From: Azolla caroliniana
Lineage: Eukaryota > Plantae > Polypodiophyta
Reading direction: 5' to 3'
NCBI GenBank assembly: GCA_043228905.1
Contig: JBHGNT010000011.1
Location: 2,790,001-2,854,000, forward strand
Length of the DNA stretch: 64,000 nt
Below are positions 37,108-51,000 of this stretch, piece after piece. A program made the position numbers and the translations under genes. Below the pieces are notes generated by a model that was not told where the DNA came from, made no database searches, and saw nothing but the letters and a program-made list of their open reading frames with translations. Numbering within the stretch: position 1 is the first letter of the stretch; the number at the start of each line of letters is the position of its first letter.

Positions 37108-39108
37108 AAAGATCTTGTTTATAGATGACGGCCATTCAATACGTGGTTGACCATGTTAATGATTGTTCTAGCATTCGACATGGATACGTATCAAAAGAAA
37201 GAGAAAATTTTAAGCATCCAATAACTAGTCGAACATATAGTTGTCACTAGGCAATCTCATCTCTTGCAAGTTGCACATATGAAGTTGTCCAATGCACATA
37301 AAAGATGTTTGAGCATGTACCTCCTAGGATGCTTGATAATTAACTCTATAGTGATCTATGAAAATCAAATAATGAGCATTCAAATATGGTAGGAGAATTT
37401 ATTTCTCTTGCATTGGCACATGTTCCACAAATAACATAGGGTTAAAGAATAGTAGGGTTTCTAGCATAATGGGTGATAATACACCCTTCTATACATCTGC
37501 ATGAAACATGATGGAATCACAATTAACTTGGAAAAAGTTGTAAATTTTGAAGAGCGTGGGGGGAACATAAGATGTTTTACATTTATGTTTTCACGTTCAT
37601 ATTGTTGTATACAAATCAGCAACAATTTGGTTTGAGTGTCTCAAACTTTAACCATTTGAAAATTTGAAATTTAAAATCAAACCAAACCATATTGCGAAAC
37701 TGTTATACTATAATCAAAGAGTTTGAACATCAAACTCCTCTCAAAAACTAATAAAATTACCTTTTGCATTCCTACAATTAATATGAATATTGATTTGCAC
37801 TTCTAGGGAGTATCTAGTTGTGTTACCCATGTCAATTCATATGAAACAAAGACAAAGATAAATTCTATGGGTATCATTTCTCAGTGGATCACAAGAATTA
37901 TGGTGATCTTCATCTAACACATTCAGGTTGCAAGTCTAACAACACTACTACAATATCTAGGCATCTCTATTGGAAGTACCATGATTTAAGTTTCACATTT
38001 TCGAACGGTTTAGGTTTGAGCCATTCAAACCAAATTGTGAAACTGTTATACTAGAGTCTATAATCATTTCAAACCAAAATGTTTGAAAGATATTCCATGT
38101 CAAGTGAAACAGTTCAAGAGATCTTCAAATTCTTAAGTTCTAGTTTTCAGGTTTGGCGTTGGCTTAAGCCGAATTATTGGAGACTATATGTACACTCGAT
38201 TTTCAACATTTCAAGAAAGGTTTCTTTTTCATCTTAAAAGAAAATGCAATCTTAGAAGAATTGTTAGAGTTCGAAGTTAAAACTTCATAATAATAAGTAC
38301 ATGATTTATAAAGTTAATTTATATACTTAATAATATTTTTAAAATGTCCCCTAAAATCGATATGCCATTAAGTCAACAAGGACTTCAACCAAACCCTTGA
38401 ACATGCAAATCAAATTGTTTACAAATTCCTAAATCTAAGCTAAACCAAATAATAAAGTTGTTAAGCCATGATTTCACAATTAGTTTCAAGTCAAACCAAA
38501 CCATAGCCAATTGTTATGCATCATCTTCTTGTTTATATGCCTCTACTCTATTAGGTAAAGAAACAAAGTAAGGCAAGCCATGTCTCAAGTAATATGATCG
38601 AACACATCGGAAATTGTGTGCAACTCGAGATTGTACCCAACCAACCCAAAGTACAAATGCATTAACACCATGTAAAAATACTTATAGTTATAACATAGTT
38701 CATTTTATGGTGGTGCTAAGGCATCCACTTTGAAACTTTAACATTATTGTTGTTCAACGCATTCTTCCAATTCAATTGTCTGGAAATAACGTTGTAGGCG
38801 GGTCTTCTCCAATCAAATTGTGCATCAATCATTGTTATTGCAGGAGATTTGGAGTGAAGTTGTAGGCATGCTAAAGCACCAATACAACCGATGGAGCCGA
38901 AAGACAACGATTAGCCTTCATCCAACAATGGTTGTCCTCTCCCTTTTCTGAGTACCGCGCCTCCACATAAGATGGAACTATTGCATCCTTACAGGGATTT
39001 GTATATAACACTCTTAGTTGTAAATTTTATAACTAATGGAATGAGTTTTATTTTTGGAAAATAATAATAATAATAATTCGAGGGTGGAATAAATATGAGA
39101 ATGTGTAT

Positions 39109-39278
39109 GTTGTACTCTTTAAAGAGAATTGTTGGTAGAATAGGAGAAAATGTTTTGTTCTTTCACTCTTTACAATTCTAAATGCCAAATGGTATCAATG
39201 GTTGTACTCTTTAAAGAGAATTGTTGGTAGAATAGGAGAAAATGTTTTGTTCTTTCACTCTTTACAATTCTAAATGCC
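39109..39278. repeat. 78-bp direct repeat, 2 copies
   Basis: GTTGTACTCTTTAAAGAG...TTCTAAATGCC at 39109 and 39201. Confidence 0.9.
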
Positions 39279-40874
39279 CTTTGCATGTGATAAGACATTT
39301 TGAAGTACCACAAGATCTAAGGACATTATTGCAAATTATCTTCCACAATCTTGTGATTTATTATGTTGCTAAATTTCACACTTTTTGTGTAGTTATCCAT
39401 GATAAAATGTGTTTGTGAGCACAACTATTCTATGCACATAATATGTGAGTATATATATCTTACACATTATGATATTACTCTTGGCAATTATCCATAAAGT
39501 AATGGTCCTTTTCATTACAATAGGTGACATAAGAATGGCTCACATGTTACTTTAGTTATTGGTTGGCCTCTCTTAGAGTGGGGTTTGAGTGTTATAAGCT
39601 TCCTCTATTTCCTAAGCATGGAGGACTCCACATGCTAATGAACCCAAAAAAAATACGTGCAATGCACAACTTGGTGTGCATTTATTGTCACCATGTACAT
39701 ATAGAGTTCAAATATGGAATGCCATGTGTGCATGCATCTTTTGATAGGTTAAAAGTTCCTTTAAACACACACAAATATTCATTTAACACAATCAAGACAT
39801 TGATGGACTTTTGTCTACTTCTTCCGATGTTTTTATTGTGTTGTTGATGCTAGGTTATCAATGCACATTTTGTCCATGTATTATTAACATTCAATGTTAG
39901 GTTTAGAAGGATAACCTTTTTTTCCAATACATTTGTCCTCTAGTACAGATCCCACTTGGAAGAATTAAAAAGTGGTGAAAGGATGTAAATATATGTTGAC
40001 AAAGAATGATGCCACATTGGCATGAGCCCTTTTTTGTGTACATGAGTAAATTTTCTCATATTGGCAAAAACAAAAGGGTTTTGACATTCGATCCTATTAC
40101 AATATGTCAGAATTCCCACATGGCAAGCTTTTTATTTTACTGACAGATCACATTTCCTCATTGTGGCATCACTGTACAACACAGGCTTTGGGTCAAAGTA
40201 ACAAATGGCGATAAATATTTTGCCTGATCTTTGCCTGTGAGGACTTTTCACCCACATAAAATAGGCTTCTGGGTCTGTTTTTAGTATTTCTATCCTATTA
40301 TGTATCTCTCTCCGAAAAAAGACAAAGAACCTTGCCTTTATAATTAGAGAATGTATTGATGATTGGAATAGGTGGATTTGTCCGTTTCTTTAAGTTGCAC
40401 AAATGTCCAACCACAATATAAAGTGTTTGTTGCCTCACATATACGCACTATCATGATGAGTTAACCTTGTCAGAACCTCATAATAGAGATGGTGGGACTC
40501 TATCGACAATAGCTATAAAAGACATGTCACTTGCATGATTTAGAAAAAAGCACGAAATAGAGATGGAGAGGGTTGCCTCTATCGGGAGAGTTTGAAGGGG
40601 GGTACATGGAATGCTTAAATAAACAAATGTTATAATTCTTATATATACATACATATACATATAGTGACTCGTGAGTTTAAACATACATATTTATATGCTT
40701 AAATAAACGAGACATAACATGCAAGGCCTTCATGTTCTTTGAAATTTATTTAAGGAGCGCCCATGAACGCGGTTCGTGGATCGATACATAGAAATACAAA
40801 CTCGAGTAAGCTACCCAAGAAATCCGATATCTAAATATAATGCTTAGATGTTACAAAACAATGCGAAAAGCGAA

Positions 40875-41283
40875 AAGCAAAAACAGATACAAATACAAAG
40901 ACGTTACACAACACATAATACAAGTACAAAACACACAATACAAGTACGGTACAAATACAAAATATAAAATACAAATACAAAATACAAAATACAAACACAA
41001 ATACAAAATACAAATACAAATACAACTACAAGACCAAATACAAGTACAAGTACAAGTACAAATACAAGTACAAGTACAAATACAAATACAAGTACAAGTA
41101 CAAATACAAATACAAATACAAGTACAAATACAAAATGCAAAATACGAAATACAAAATGCAAAATACAAAATACAAAATACAAAATACAAATACAAATACA
41201 AATACAAAATACAAAATACAAAATACAAAATACAAAATAAAAATACAAATACAAATACAAAATACAAAATACAAAATACAAAA
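40875..41283. repeat. Compound (AAATAC/AAGTAC/AAAATAC)n satellite just upstream of the transporter gene
   Basis: About 400 bp of 6-7 nt units ending about 115 bp before the ATG at 41399. Confidence 0.95.
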
Positions 41284-41398
41284 TGTATATCTGTGTATCA
41301 ATACAATTATGTGTGTGTCTGAAAATGTAAGTAGAAAAACAGGGGAGGGAGAGAACAGAGACAGAGGCAGAGACAGAGAGCAGGGCAAGTCAATATCA

Positions 41399-44300
41399 AT
41401 GGAGGCATTCTATGCGCTTCTCTTTGCTTCCCTTCTGATTCTCCTTGCTGCTGTGGAGCTCGGGAAATCTCAGAAGGATCGGATCATCACCAATGCTGCC
41501 TTCTCTTCCTTCAACGCTAACTACCTCTTCGTCTACTGCCTCATGATGGGTACATCTACTTTCTTCCTTTATTTCTATCTTTCTTCATTACATTCTGTTA
41601 TTTTTTTCATTATTTCCTGATTATTTCTTTCATTTTTGTTTTGCTCTATTTAAATAAATAAATGACTATTTTCTATTTTTGTTCCATTTATGAGCTCATT
41701 TTTGGATTCTTTTTTAGTTCTTTTTCTAAATACTTCTTAGAAACTCATCTCAGATCCATAGAAGCTTTCATCAAAAGTTTTTATGGAAAAAGATAGAATT
41801 GATCAAATGTGAGAATTATAATTGCCACAAGATCAATGTGCATTTTCTAGAGAACAAAAGAAGATTCTCAAACACTAAAGGTTTCACAAAATATTGAAGA
41901 TTCTCAAACATAAAAGATTCAAGATCTCCAATAGCAGAGTCAAGATCATTAAACATAAAAGATTTAAAATTCCCAATCGCAAGACACAGGCAGAAGATTC
42001 CCAAACACAATATGCTCAAACAAAGTGAGGTGTATAAATATTGTTTCGGACTTGGATTTTATGCAATGGTTTGAAATGAATTCTTATGCACGTGTTTTTT
42101 TGGCATTTAAGCTGAATGAATTATAAGAGATAGGGAGTAGACACAGAGGACTTCTTATGAATTTTCTTTTTATTTAGATGTTCCTCTTACTTACTTGGTC
42201 TGGATATCTCCTCGAGTTTACCCGCTTCAAGTGCACTTGCATATTGAATGTATCGATTCAAGGAGAAAGTATTTTTCGGTTTCAGACACTTCTTAGGACA
42301 TGTATATGCCCGTATGTTTGTTGAAATATTTTGAAAGTCCTACTGTTCATGTTCTTGTTAATTGTATAATATAGTTCAAGAAGAGTTTACATCAATATAC
42401 ATAAAAATAAGCATACTACAATTGATGTATTCACTTAAACATAGGCATATGCATATGTATGGCCAAGCCTATGTTTATGCATATTTATAAAAGCTCTTCT
42501 TGTCACACATTATCCCGGTTAGTTCTAGATCTATGTCTCCATGTGGTTGACTGGATGTTATGAGATAATAGATCTATCTGTGGACTAATTGAATCCATTA
42601 TTTAATATGTTTAGACTATATACATGCTGGTAAACAATACACATAAGTATATACTATCAATTGTAATGTTGATGATACTTTTTATCTTTTTTACATTTTA
42701 GCTGGCGATTGGCTGCAAGGTCCCTATGTATATTTTCTTTATACCCAGTATGGCTTTTCTAAGGGGGAAATTGGACGGCTTTTTATTGCGGGTTTTGGGT
42801 CATCAATGATATTTGGTACTTTTGTTGGCTCTCTTGCAGATAAATAGTGAGTTCAAATATCCTTTTCCATTCTTAATGGACACTGTTTTGGTTTTTTTCT
42901 GGACTGATGCCTTACGTTTTCTAATATTTATAGTGGACGAAAGAGGGCTAGTATTACATATTGCCTAACGTATATGCTGAGTTGCATGACAAAACATTCT
43001 CCAGAGTACAAGGTGCTAATGCTTGGCCGAATACTAGGTGGGGTTTCAACATCTCTTTTATTTTCAGCTTTTGAGTCATGGTTAGTCGCCGAGCATTTCA
43101 AGGTATTGGATTATTTCCCCCTTAAATTGCATATGTTCACTTGTAAAATTTGTTATCTCAGTGACGTTACTGTATGATTGGTTTTGTCCCACAACAATCG
43201 TTTTATGTTTTTGTTTAGAGAGGGTTCGAGGCACAGTGGTTGTCATTGGCGTTCTCGAAATCAGTGTTTTTTGGTAATGGGCTTGTAGCCATCTTATCGG
43301 GTCTTTTTGCCAATTTTTTGGCCGAAACTCTCTCGTTTGGGCCTGTTTCTCCCTTTGATTCAGCCGCATGTGTGTTGGCATTGGGTATGGTCATCATACT
43401 ATATACATGGCCAGAGAATTATGGTAACTCCTCTGAAGGCAATAGCTTACTGGATCAATTCAAATCTGCCGCATCAGCAATTGCTTCAGGTACGGTTTTC
43501 ACTCTCTTTTGTTAGGGGCATTTTTACAAATTTGTTTTTGAGCTGTCATTAACTACCGCCAATATATGATTCGTTTTTCAAGGACAGATGAGAAGATTGC
43601 GTTACTTGGTGCAATACAATCCTTGTTTGAAGGGTCAATGTACACTTTTGTTTTCTTATGGACACCAGCACTCAGTCCAAATGATGAAGAAATACCCCAT
43701 GGATTCATCTTTGCGATATTCATGTTGTCTTCAATGATTGGAAGCTCACTTGCTTCACGTTTCATGGCAAGGTCTTCATTGCGAGTTGAAGTATATATGC
43801 AAGTAGTGTTCTTGATCTCTGCAGCTACTTTACTTTCTCCGGTTGTCATCAATGTAAGTAAATTTTTGGAAAATGCAGTAAATTTTGTAAACACTTGCAT
43901 ACACATTAAACGTTTTTTGTACCCATTTGTTAGTACTATTAAGAATATGGGGGTAAGAAATATTTTTAGGGATTTAAAAAGAAGTACTTATGAAGGTTTT
44001 GGAAGTATCGAATTATACCATTGACTTGATAGTAGTTAGGATATGTATCCAAAATACATCAATTATAATATTAACATTTGATTATCTGATATGCATTTGC
44101 ATCATCAGCTAATAATTATGACTAAACGAAGCGCAATAAGGCTCTTAACTTTTAAACAAGGGCATGAGTTAATATTCCCAAACCATTCAGGGAACCTTTC
44201 ATGTTATACTGGAACATTTTGAAAATTCTATTTATTATTATTACATGAGATTGTCAAACTTTGTACATTAAAAAGTACTTATGAAGGTTTTGGAAGTATC

Positions 44301-46550
44301 GAATTATACCATTGACTTGATAGTAGTTAGGATATGTATCCAAAATACATCAATTATAATATTAACATTTGATTATCTGATATGCATTTGCATCATCAGC
44401 TAATAATTATGACTAAACGAAGCGCAATAAGGCTCTTAACTTTTAAACAAGGGCATGAGTTAATATTCCCAAACCATTCAGGGAACCTTTCATGTTATAC
44501 TGGAACATTTTGAAAATTCTATTTATTATTATTACATGAGATTGTCAAACTTTGTACATTAAAAAGAAGTACTTATGAAGGTTTTGGAAGTATCGAATTA
44601 TACCATTGACTTGATAGTAGTTAGGATATGTATCCAAAATGCATTAATTATAATATTAACATTTGATTATCTGATATGCATTTGCATCATCAGCTAATAA
44701 TTATGACTAAATGAAGCGCAATAAGGCTCTTAAACTTTAAACAAGGGCATGAGTTAATATTTCCAAACCATTCAGGGAACCTTTCATGTTATACTGGAAC
44801 ATTTTGAAAATTCTATTTTTTATTATTACATGAGATTGTCAAACTTTGTACATTAAGACTTTTCTTACTGAGATGAACATTTAACCTATAAGATGATAGG
44901 TAATAATCATTCACTTAACCTACATGCCAAAGATATATTTTCTGGTAACTGTCAAAAGACACAATCTTAAGTATCACCATTATCCACCGACTTGTCTTTA
45001 TGCTGATGAATAATGGCCAAACTTCAATTTTCTTACTAGTGTTTTGTGTCTTGTTTTTCTGCTGTGACAGTTTCTTATGCCCTCGTCAGGAGAGAAGGGT
45101 GGGATGATGACAGTATCGGGGCATGTCCAGCTTTTTTTGTTTTGTGTCTTCGAGGCTTGCGTCGGGATCTTTTGGCCTTCAATCATGAAATTGAGATCGC
45201 AGCACATCCCAGAGGCATCGCGAAGCACCATTCTGAACTTCTTCAGAATTCCGGTTAATGTGTTCGTTTGCATTGTGCTCTACAATGTAAGGGGAATTTA
45301 TAAACCAATGAAAGGAAAAACAAAACACCAAATTAGTCCTTGGTTTTCAAAAATCATCAGATTACTGCTTTTTAACCCGCAATAAAATACTTCAAAATAC
45401 CCAGTCTTTTGAAAATCAGCTGAACAGTTTGTAGAACAAAGCTCATTGGTCTTGAATACCCTTGGTAAAATTTGAAATTTTAGGGGCATTTGGTCGTGTG
45501 TCCAAAAAGTTACTTGGTAAAACTTGAAATTTTAGGGGCATTTGGTTAAGTGTCCAAAAAATTACCGGTTTTGTGAGATTCTTCCTAATAATAATACCTT
45601 ATTTCCTTCCCTGCTTAAGTTGGCTGAACAGTTTGTAGAACAAAGCTCATTGGTCTTGAATAACCCTTTGGTAAAATTTGAAATTTTAGGGGCATTTGGT
45701 TGTGTGTCCAAACAGTTTCTTGGTAAAACTTGAAATTTTAGGGGCATTTGGTTAAGTGTCCAAAAAATTACTGGTTTTGTGAGATTCTTCCCAATAACAA
45801 TACCTTATTTCCTTCCCTGCTTAAGTTGGCTGAACAGTTTGTAGAACAAGCTCATTGGTCTTGAATACCCTTGGTAAAATTTGAAATTTTAGGGGCATTT
45901 GGTTAAGTGTCCAAAAAGTTACCGGTTTTGTGAGATTCTTCCCAATAATAATACCTTATTTCCTTCCCTGCTTAAGTTGGCTTTCCAAGGGTTCGTTGGT
46001 TTCTAATACTCATTACAATTCCTAACCGCACAGGTAAATGCTTTCCCTATTTCTATAATGTTTGGGATGTGCTCAATCTTCTTGGTGATGGCATCTGTGC
46101 TCCAACAACGATTCATGGTGGTTGCCATTGAAAGTGAAAAGCCAGAGACAAGTAAGTAAAGCTATCATTTTGGAAAAATGTATGTTTAGGATCATAATCT
46201 CTGAATCACATTTGCAACCACTCTAGTACACATAATTAGTAAATGAAATATGTAGAAGAAGATAGTTCTAAACTATAATATCTTCATACCAAAGGCAGTG
46301 TTATTTTGTAACACATTGATGCTAATGGTTCTAGTCTTGGTTTAGTTAAACCCTATCTAATAATGTAGTTCATCCAAATAAAATTAGGTTGCCTTGAGAT
46401 GGTTTTATATGCTATATTGCAAAAGGATTCAAGATCTTTCTTCTCATGCAAGTTTTCCATTTTTATTATTTTGTTGTAGAGATGATGGACGGTGTTTGGT
46501 TGTCTGATATGGGGCCGGTAGATTCGGAAACAATACCTCTAAACATTTGA
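41399..46550 (+). CDS. MOT2: MFS molybdate-anion transporter (MOT2 family / MFSD5-like), 8 exons
   Basis: Exons 41399-41549, 42702-42846, 42934-43102, 43219-43489, 43588-43853, 45071-45286, 46034-46151 and 46480-46550. Motifs AGDWLQGPY, AGFGSSMIFG, LADKYGRKR, LLFSAFESW, SLFEGSMYTFVFLWTP, RSTILNFFRIP; ends PLNI*. Confidence 0.93.
43974..44856. repeat. About 292-bp tandem triplication in MOT2 intron 5
   Basis: TACTTATGAAGG recurs at 43985, 44276 and 44570; copies near-identical. Confidence 0.95.
45419..45982. repeat. About 205-bp tandem triplication with 50-bp sub-repeats in MOT2 intron 6
   Basis: GCTGAACAGTTTGTAGAACAA at 45419, 45623 and 45829; the third copy lacks one sub-repeat. Confidence 0.92.
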
Positions 46551-48014
46551 GAGTTTTTACTCATAATTTATGTAAATGTGACTCCAAATATTTTCTCGCA
46601 TTTACCCAGCTTGAGCAATTAGTTTCCCCTCCAATTTTTGTGACACCTTTTCAACTCGCCATGGGAAAGCTAACAATTCTTTGCAAATTCGTTTGCGGGA
46701 GCTTGCCATCAGGTGGCTTGAATGCTATTTGTGTAAACAAGCATATAGATTGAGCATCAGCAAGGTGAGAGAGTATATAATGCGATTGGATGTTTCATTC
46801 ATTTCAACAAAGCAATCATAATTGTTACTGATAGTAGCAAATCATACCCCTCATCAATGATGGGAAGATGGTCTAGATGTATAATTTGCCTCCACAGACG
46901 AGGCTATGTATAAGTTGAGGACTTGATGAAATACATATTCTTTTATAGGAATTGTGCCATTTATTTACATTCAGCCTTCTTGTTGCTCAAATCTTGGGTG
47001 TCTTTGTAATACTCTGATATTCAAGTAATGTAGTTTTTGAACCCAAGAATCTTGTCAAAGGACAAAACCATTTCATCAGAATCCATGTGCACTTCAACAA
47101 AGAAGTAGATATACCCTTGGTGATGGAATATGCTTCTTCTTGCACTATTTAGGTTTGAATCAAACTAAAATTATGAAGATTGTTTTAGTATATTATCCAA
47201 ACCATGTTAAACCCATTGCTTGAGTCTTAAACTCATAGTTGTATGTTGGTTGTCATCGGTCGAGAAGATGTGAAATGGCCAAATGTCATTGTTATAATAT
47301 TGATAGAAAACGTAAGTAAAATTGCTTAAATATATTTTATGATGCTATAAGAAGTTTATGAACCCTTATTTGGTGGCTGAACGAGCTATGAGTCTTTGTA
47401 TGTTCCAACTCATTTTTATTTGTGATTTTTTTTGTTCCCTTCCCCCATTCTTTACTTTTACTCCTAGTATATTGTTGGGTGTACACGAGGTTGTGAACAA
47501 GGTCGTAAAGCGAAAATGTTCAGTGTGGATAGGGGGAGGACGCTTGAGAATAAAAGGTGCATGGGGAGTGTTTGGTTAGTCTTCAATGACCTAACTCTTG
47601 TTAGTATAAATTTCCAAAACCATGATGATGGCAAGAAACTAGCTATCAACATTTGGCAACCATAATGGAGCCACTCTATGGGCAATGTTTGAAGGTGGTG
47701 TATGTTTGATCATTCACAGATAAGCTAATTATGCATGTTTTGGACATGCAGCTTACACATTTCTTGATGTACACTTCCAATCAAGATTAGATTAGATTGT
47801 ATATTTGTTTAAGCTAGTTATGCATGTTTTGGACATGTAACTTGCACATTTCTTGATATGCACTTCCAATCAAGAAAGATTAGATTAGATTGTGTGTTTA
47901 TTTAGGTGTCTATATAGAGGCTAATATTGATGCACGGGACCTAAGTACAAGTGTTTTCTTTATGTGTCTCTTTCCTAGGAAGGGATATTTTGAAAATGAC
48001 TTCATAATAACCGG

Positions 48015-51000
48015 ACCGTAATGGAAAGGGTTCGAAGTATGCTTGCACATGCTAAGTTATTGAAGACGTTCTGGGTTGAGGCGCTGATGATTTCAGCGTA
48101 TGTGATAAATCAATCACCCTTAGTACCCTTGGATGGTGATATCCCACAAAGGGTGTGGAGCGACAAAGATGTTTCATACCGACATCTGAGGGTGTTCGGC
48201 TATCTTGCCTATGTGCATGTGGCAAAAGACCAAAGGGGAGAATTAGACCCGAAATCTCGGCCAGGTATATTTCTCGGCTATGGCAATGATGAATTTGGCT
48301 ATCGGCTATGGGACTTAGATGAGAAGAAAGTGATTAGGAGCCGCAACATTGTCTTCATGGAGGAAAAGACAATAGTCGACTGGGAGATTGTGAATAAGTC
48401 TCCAACTACCGAATCAAACCAAGTTGACGCTCGGCCGAATCGAGTAGAACCCGATTCGATCAAAATCTAATCCGAGCCAGTCGGCTGATTTAATACTCGG
48501 CTGAACAAGGGACCGAATTCGAATTGGCCGAAGAAGTCGAAGAAGAACCGACCGTGTCGAATGGAGGCCGAAGATACCCCCTAAGAGAAAGGAGGCCCCC
48601 TTGAAGATTTCCGGATGAAGAGCGTGTATTGTTAACCGATGAGGGGGAGCCGGAAAGCGTTGAAGAAGCTAAGGAGGATACCCACAACCGAAAGTGGTTG
48701 AGCGCCATGCAAGAGAAGATGGATTCCTTGCATGAGAACACACATATGAATTGACCGAACTGCCAAGAGGAAAAGAAGGTACTTCGATGAAATATTTGCC
48801 CTGTTCGTAAAGATGACGTCAATCCAAACCGTGCTGAGCATCGCGGCCAGCACGGATCTCGAAATTGAACAACTGGACGTCAAGACTGCCTTCCTCCATG
48901 GAGATTTGGAGGAAGAGATATACATGCACCAGCCGGAAGGATTCGTGGAAAAAGGTAAAGAAAATCTGGTATGCTGATATAGGAAGAGCTTATACGGGTT
49001 GAAACAAGGTCCTCGGCAATGGTACCGAAAATTCGAATCCTTCATGATTGACAACGGGTACCACAAAACGCGGCTTGATCACTGGGTATTTGTGAAGAAA
49101 TTTGATGGAGGAGATTTCTGTCGAATACAAGTGTATAATGGACGTATTCACACTATCCCTTTGTATAGATCAAGTTTGGGCCATTTGTGTAATTAGCATA
49201 AATGGTAGTTGCCCTAAGTCGGTCACTATATATAGTGACCTTGTAACCTTTTTGTAAGGTTGGTTGTATTATTGTTTCTATTGAATAGAAAGACTCTTTT
49301 GTGCCTCCTCTCTCTCTCTCTCTCTCTCTCTTTCTCTGTGCACGATCTTCGATTCTGTCATACGCAGGTACTCAACACGAATCGAATGCTATTTGATCTT
49401 CCGCATTGACGGCCCTGTCTTCAACAATTTCCTCATCCTCTTGTTGTACATGGACGACATGCTGATTGTTGGACGGGACCATACGAAGATCCGAGTGTTG
49501 AAGAATGGCTTGAGCAGATCGTTCTCAATGAAGGATATGGGTCCGGCCAAGCAAATCCTGAGGATGCACATTGTTCGGGATCGAACAAAGAAATTGTTGT
49601 GGCCGTCACAAGAAAAATACGTGACAAAGGTGCTCTAGATATTCGACATGGAAAGCTCGAAACCGGTCGGTTTAACATAGACGACGAACTGCAAACTAAG
49701 CAAAGAACAATGTCTGAAATCAAAAACCGAGAAGGCCGAGATATCAAAAGTTCATTATGCCTTGGCAGTTAAGCTTGATGTATGGTATGTATCAGGCTGG
49801 ACATAGGATACGCAATCGTCGTGGTTAGCCGATATATGAGCAACCCCGGAAGAGAGCATTGGGATGTCGTGAAGTGGATACGTCGGTACCTAAAAGGCAC
49901 CTTGAACGCGTGTCTTCGTTTCGGTTCGGGTAACCCCACACTGGAAGGTTATACTGATTCGGACATGTTGGCTGATGTGGATACCAATCGGTCCACGCCA
50001 GGGTACATAATAACTTATGTAGGGGGAGCTGTTTCGTGGCAGTTGAGGCTGCAAAAGGTCGTGGCGTTGTCGACCACGGAAACCGAATATATGGCCGCAG
50101 TAGAAGCCGGTAAGGAAATCATATGGATGAAGGAGTTTATCGGTGAGCTGGGAATTCAACAGGAGGAATTCCAACTCCATTGTGATAACCAGAGTGCCAT
50201 CCACCTTGCGAAAAATGCCACCTACCACTCTAGGACCAAACACATACAAAGAAGATATCATTGGCTCCGAGAGCGAGTAGAAGAAAAGGAGTTTGCTCTA
50301 GTGAAGATCCACATGGCCGAAAATGGATCGGATATGTTGAGCATCGCGGCCAGCACGGATCTCGAAATTGAACAACTGGACATCAAGATTGCCCTTCCTC
50401 CATGGAGATTTGGAGGAAGAGATATACATGCACCAGCCGGAAGGATTCGTGGAAAAAGGTAAAGAAAATCTGGTATGCTGATATAGGAAGAGCTTGTACG
50501 GGTTGAAACAAGCTCCTCGGCAATGGTACCGAAAATTCAAATCCTTCATGATCGACAACGGGTACCACAAAATGCGGCCTGATCACTGGGTATTTGTGAA
50601 GAAATTCGATGGAGGAGATTTCCTCATCCTCTTGTTGTACGTGGACGACATGCTGATTGTTGGACGGGACCATACGAAGATCCGAGTGTTGAAGAATGGC
50701 TTGAGCAGATCGTTCTCGATGAAGGATATGGGTCCGCCCAAGCAAATCCTGAGGATGCACATTGTTCGGGATCGAACAAAGAAATTGTTGTGGCCGTCAC
50801 AAGAAAAATACGTGACAAAGGTGCTCTAGATATTCGACATGGAAAGCGCGAAATCGGTCGGTTCAACACTGACGACGAACTGCAAACTAAGCAAAGAACA
50901 ATGTCTGAAATCGAAAACCGAGAAGGCCGAGATGTCAAAAGTTCATTATGCCTTGGCAGTTAAGCTTGATGTATGGTATGTATCAGGCTGGACATAGGAT

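Noticed and set aside
38700-39900. Possible DNA-transposon or gene remnant
   Set aside because: No convincing motif in the frames examined.
40831-41388. Long overlapping ORFs on both strands (QIQIQ, YLYLY, CICIC)
   Set aside because: Artefacts of a stop-free simple repeat; the unit is not the plant telomere repeat.
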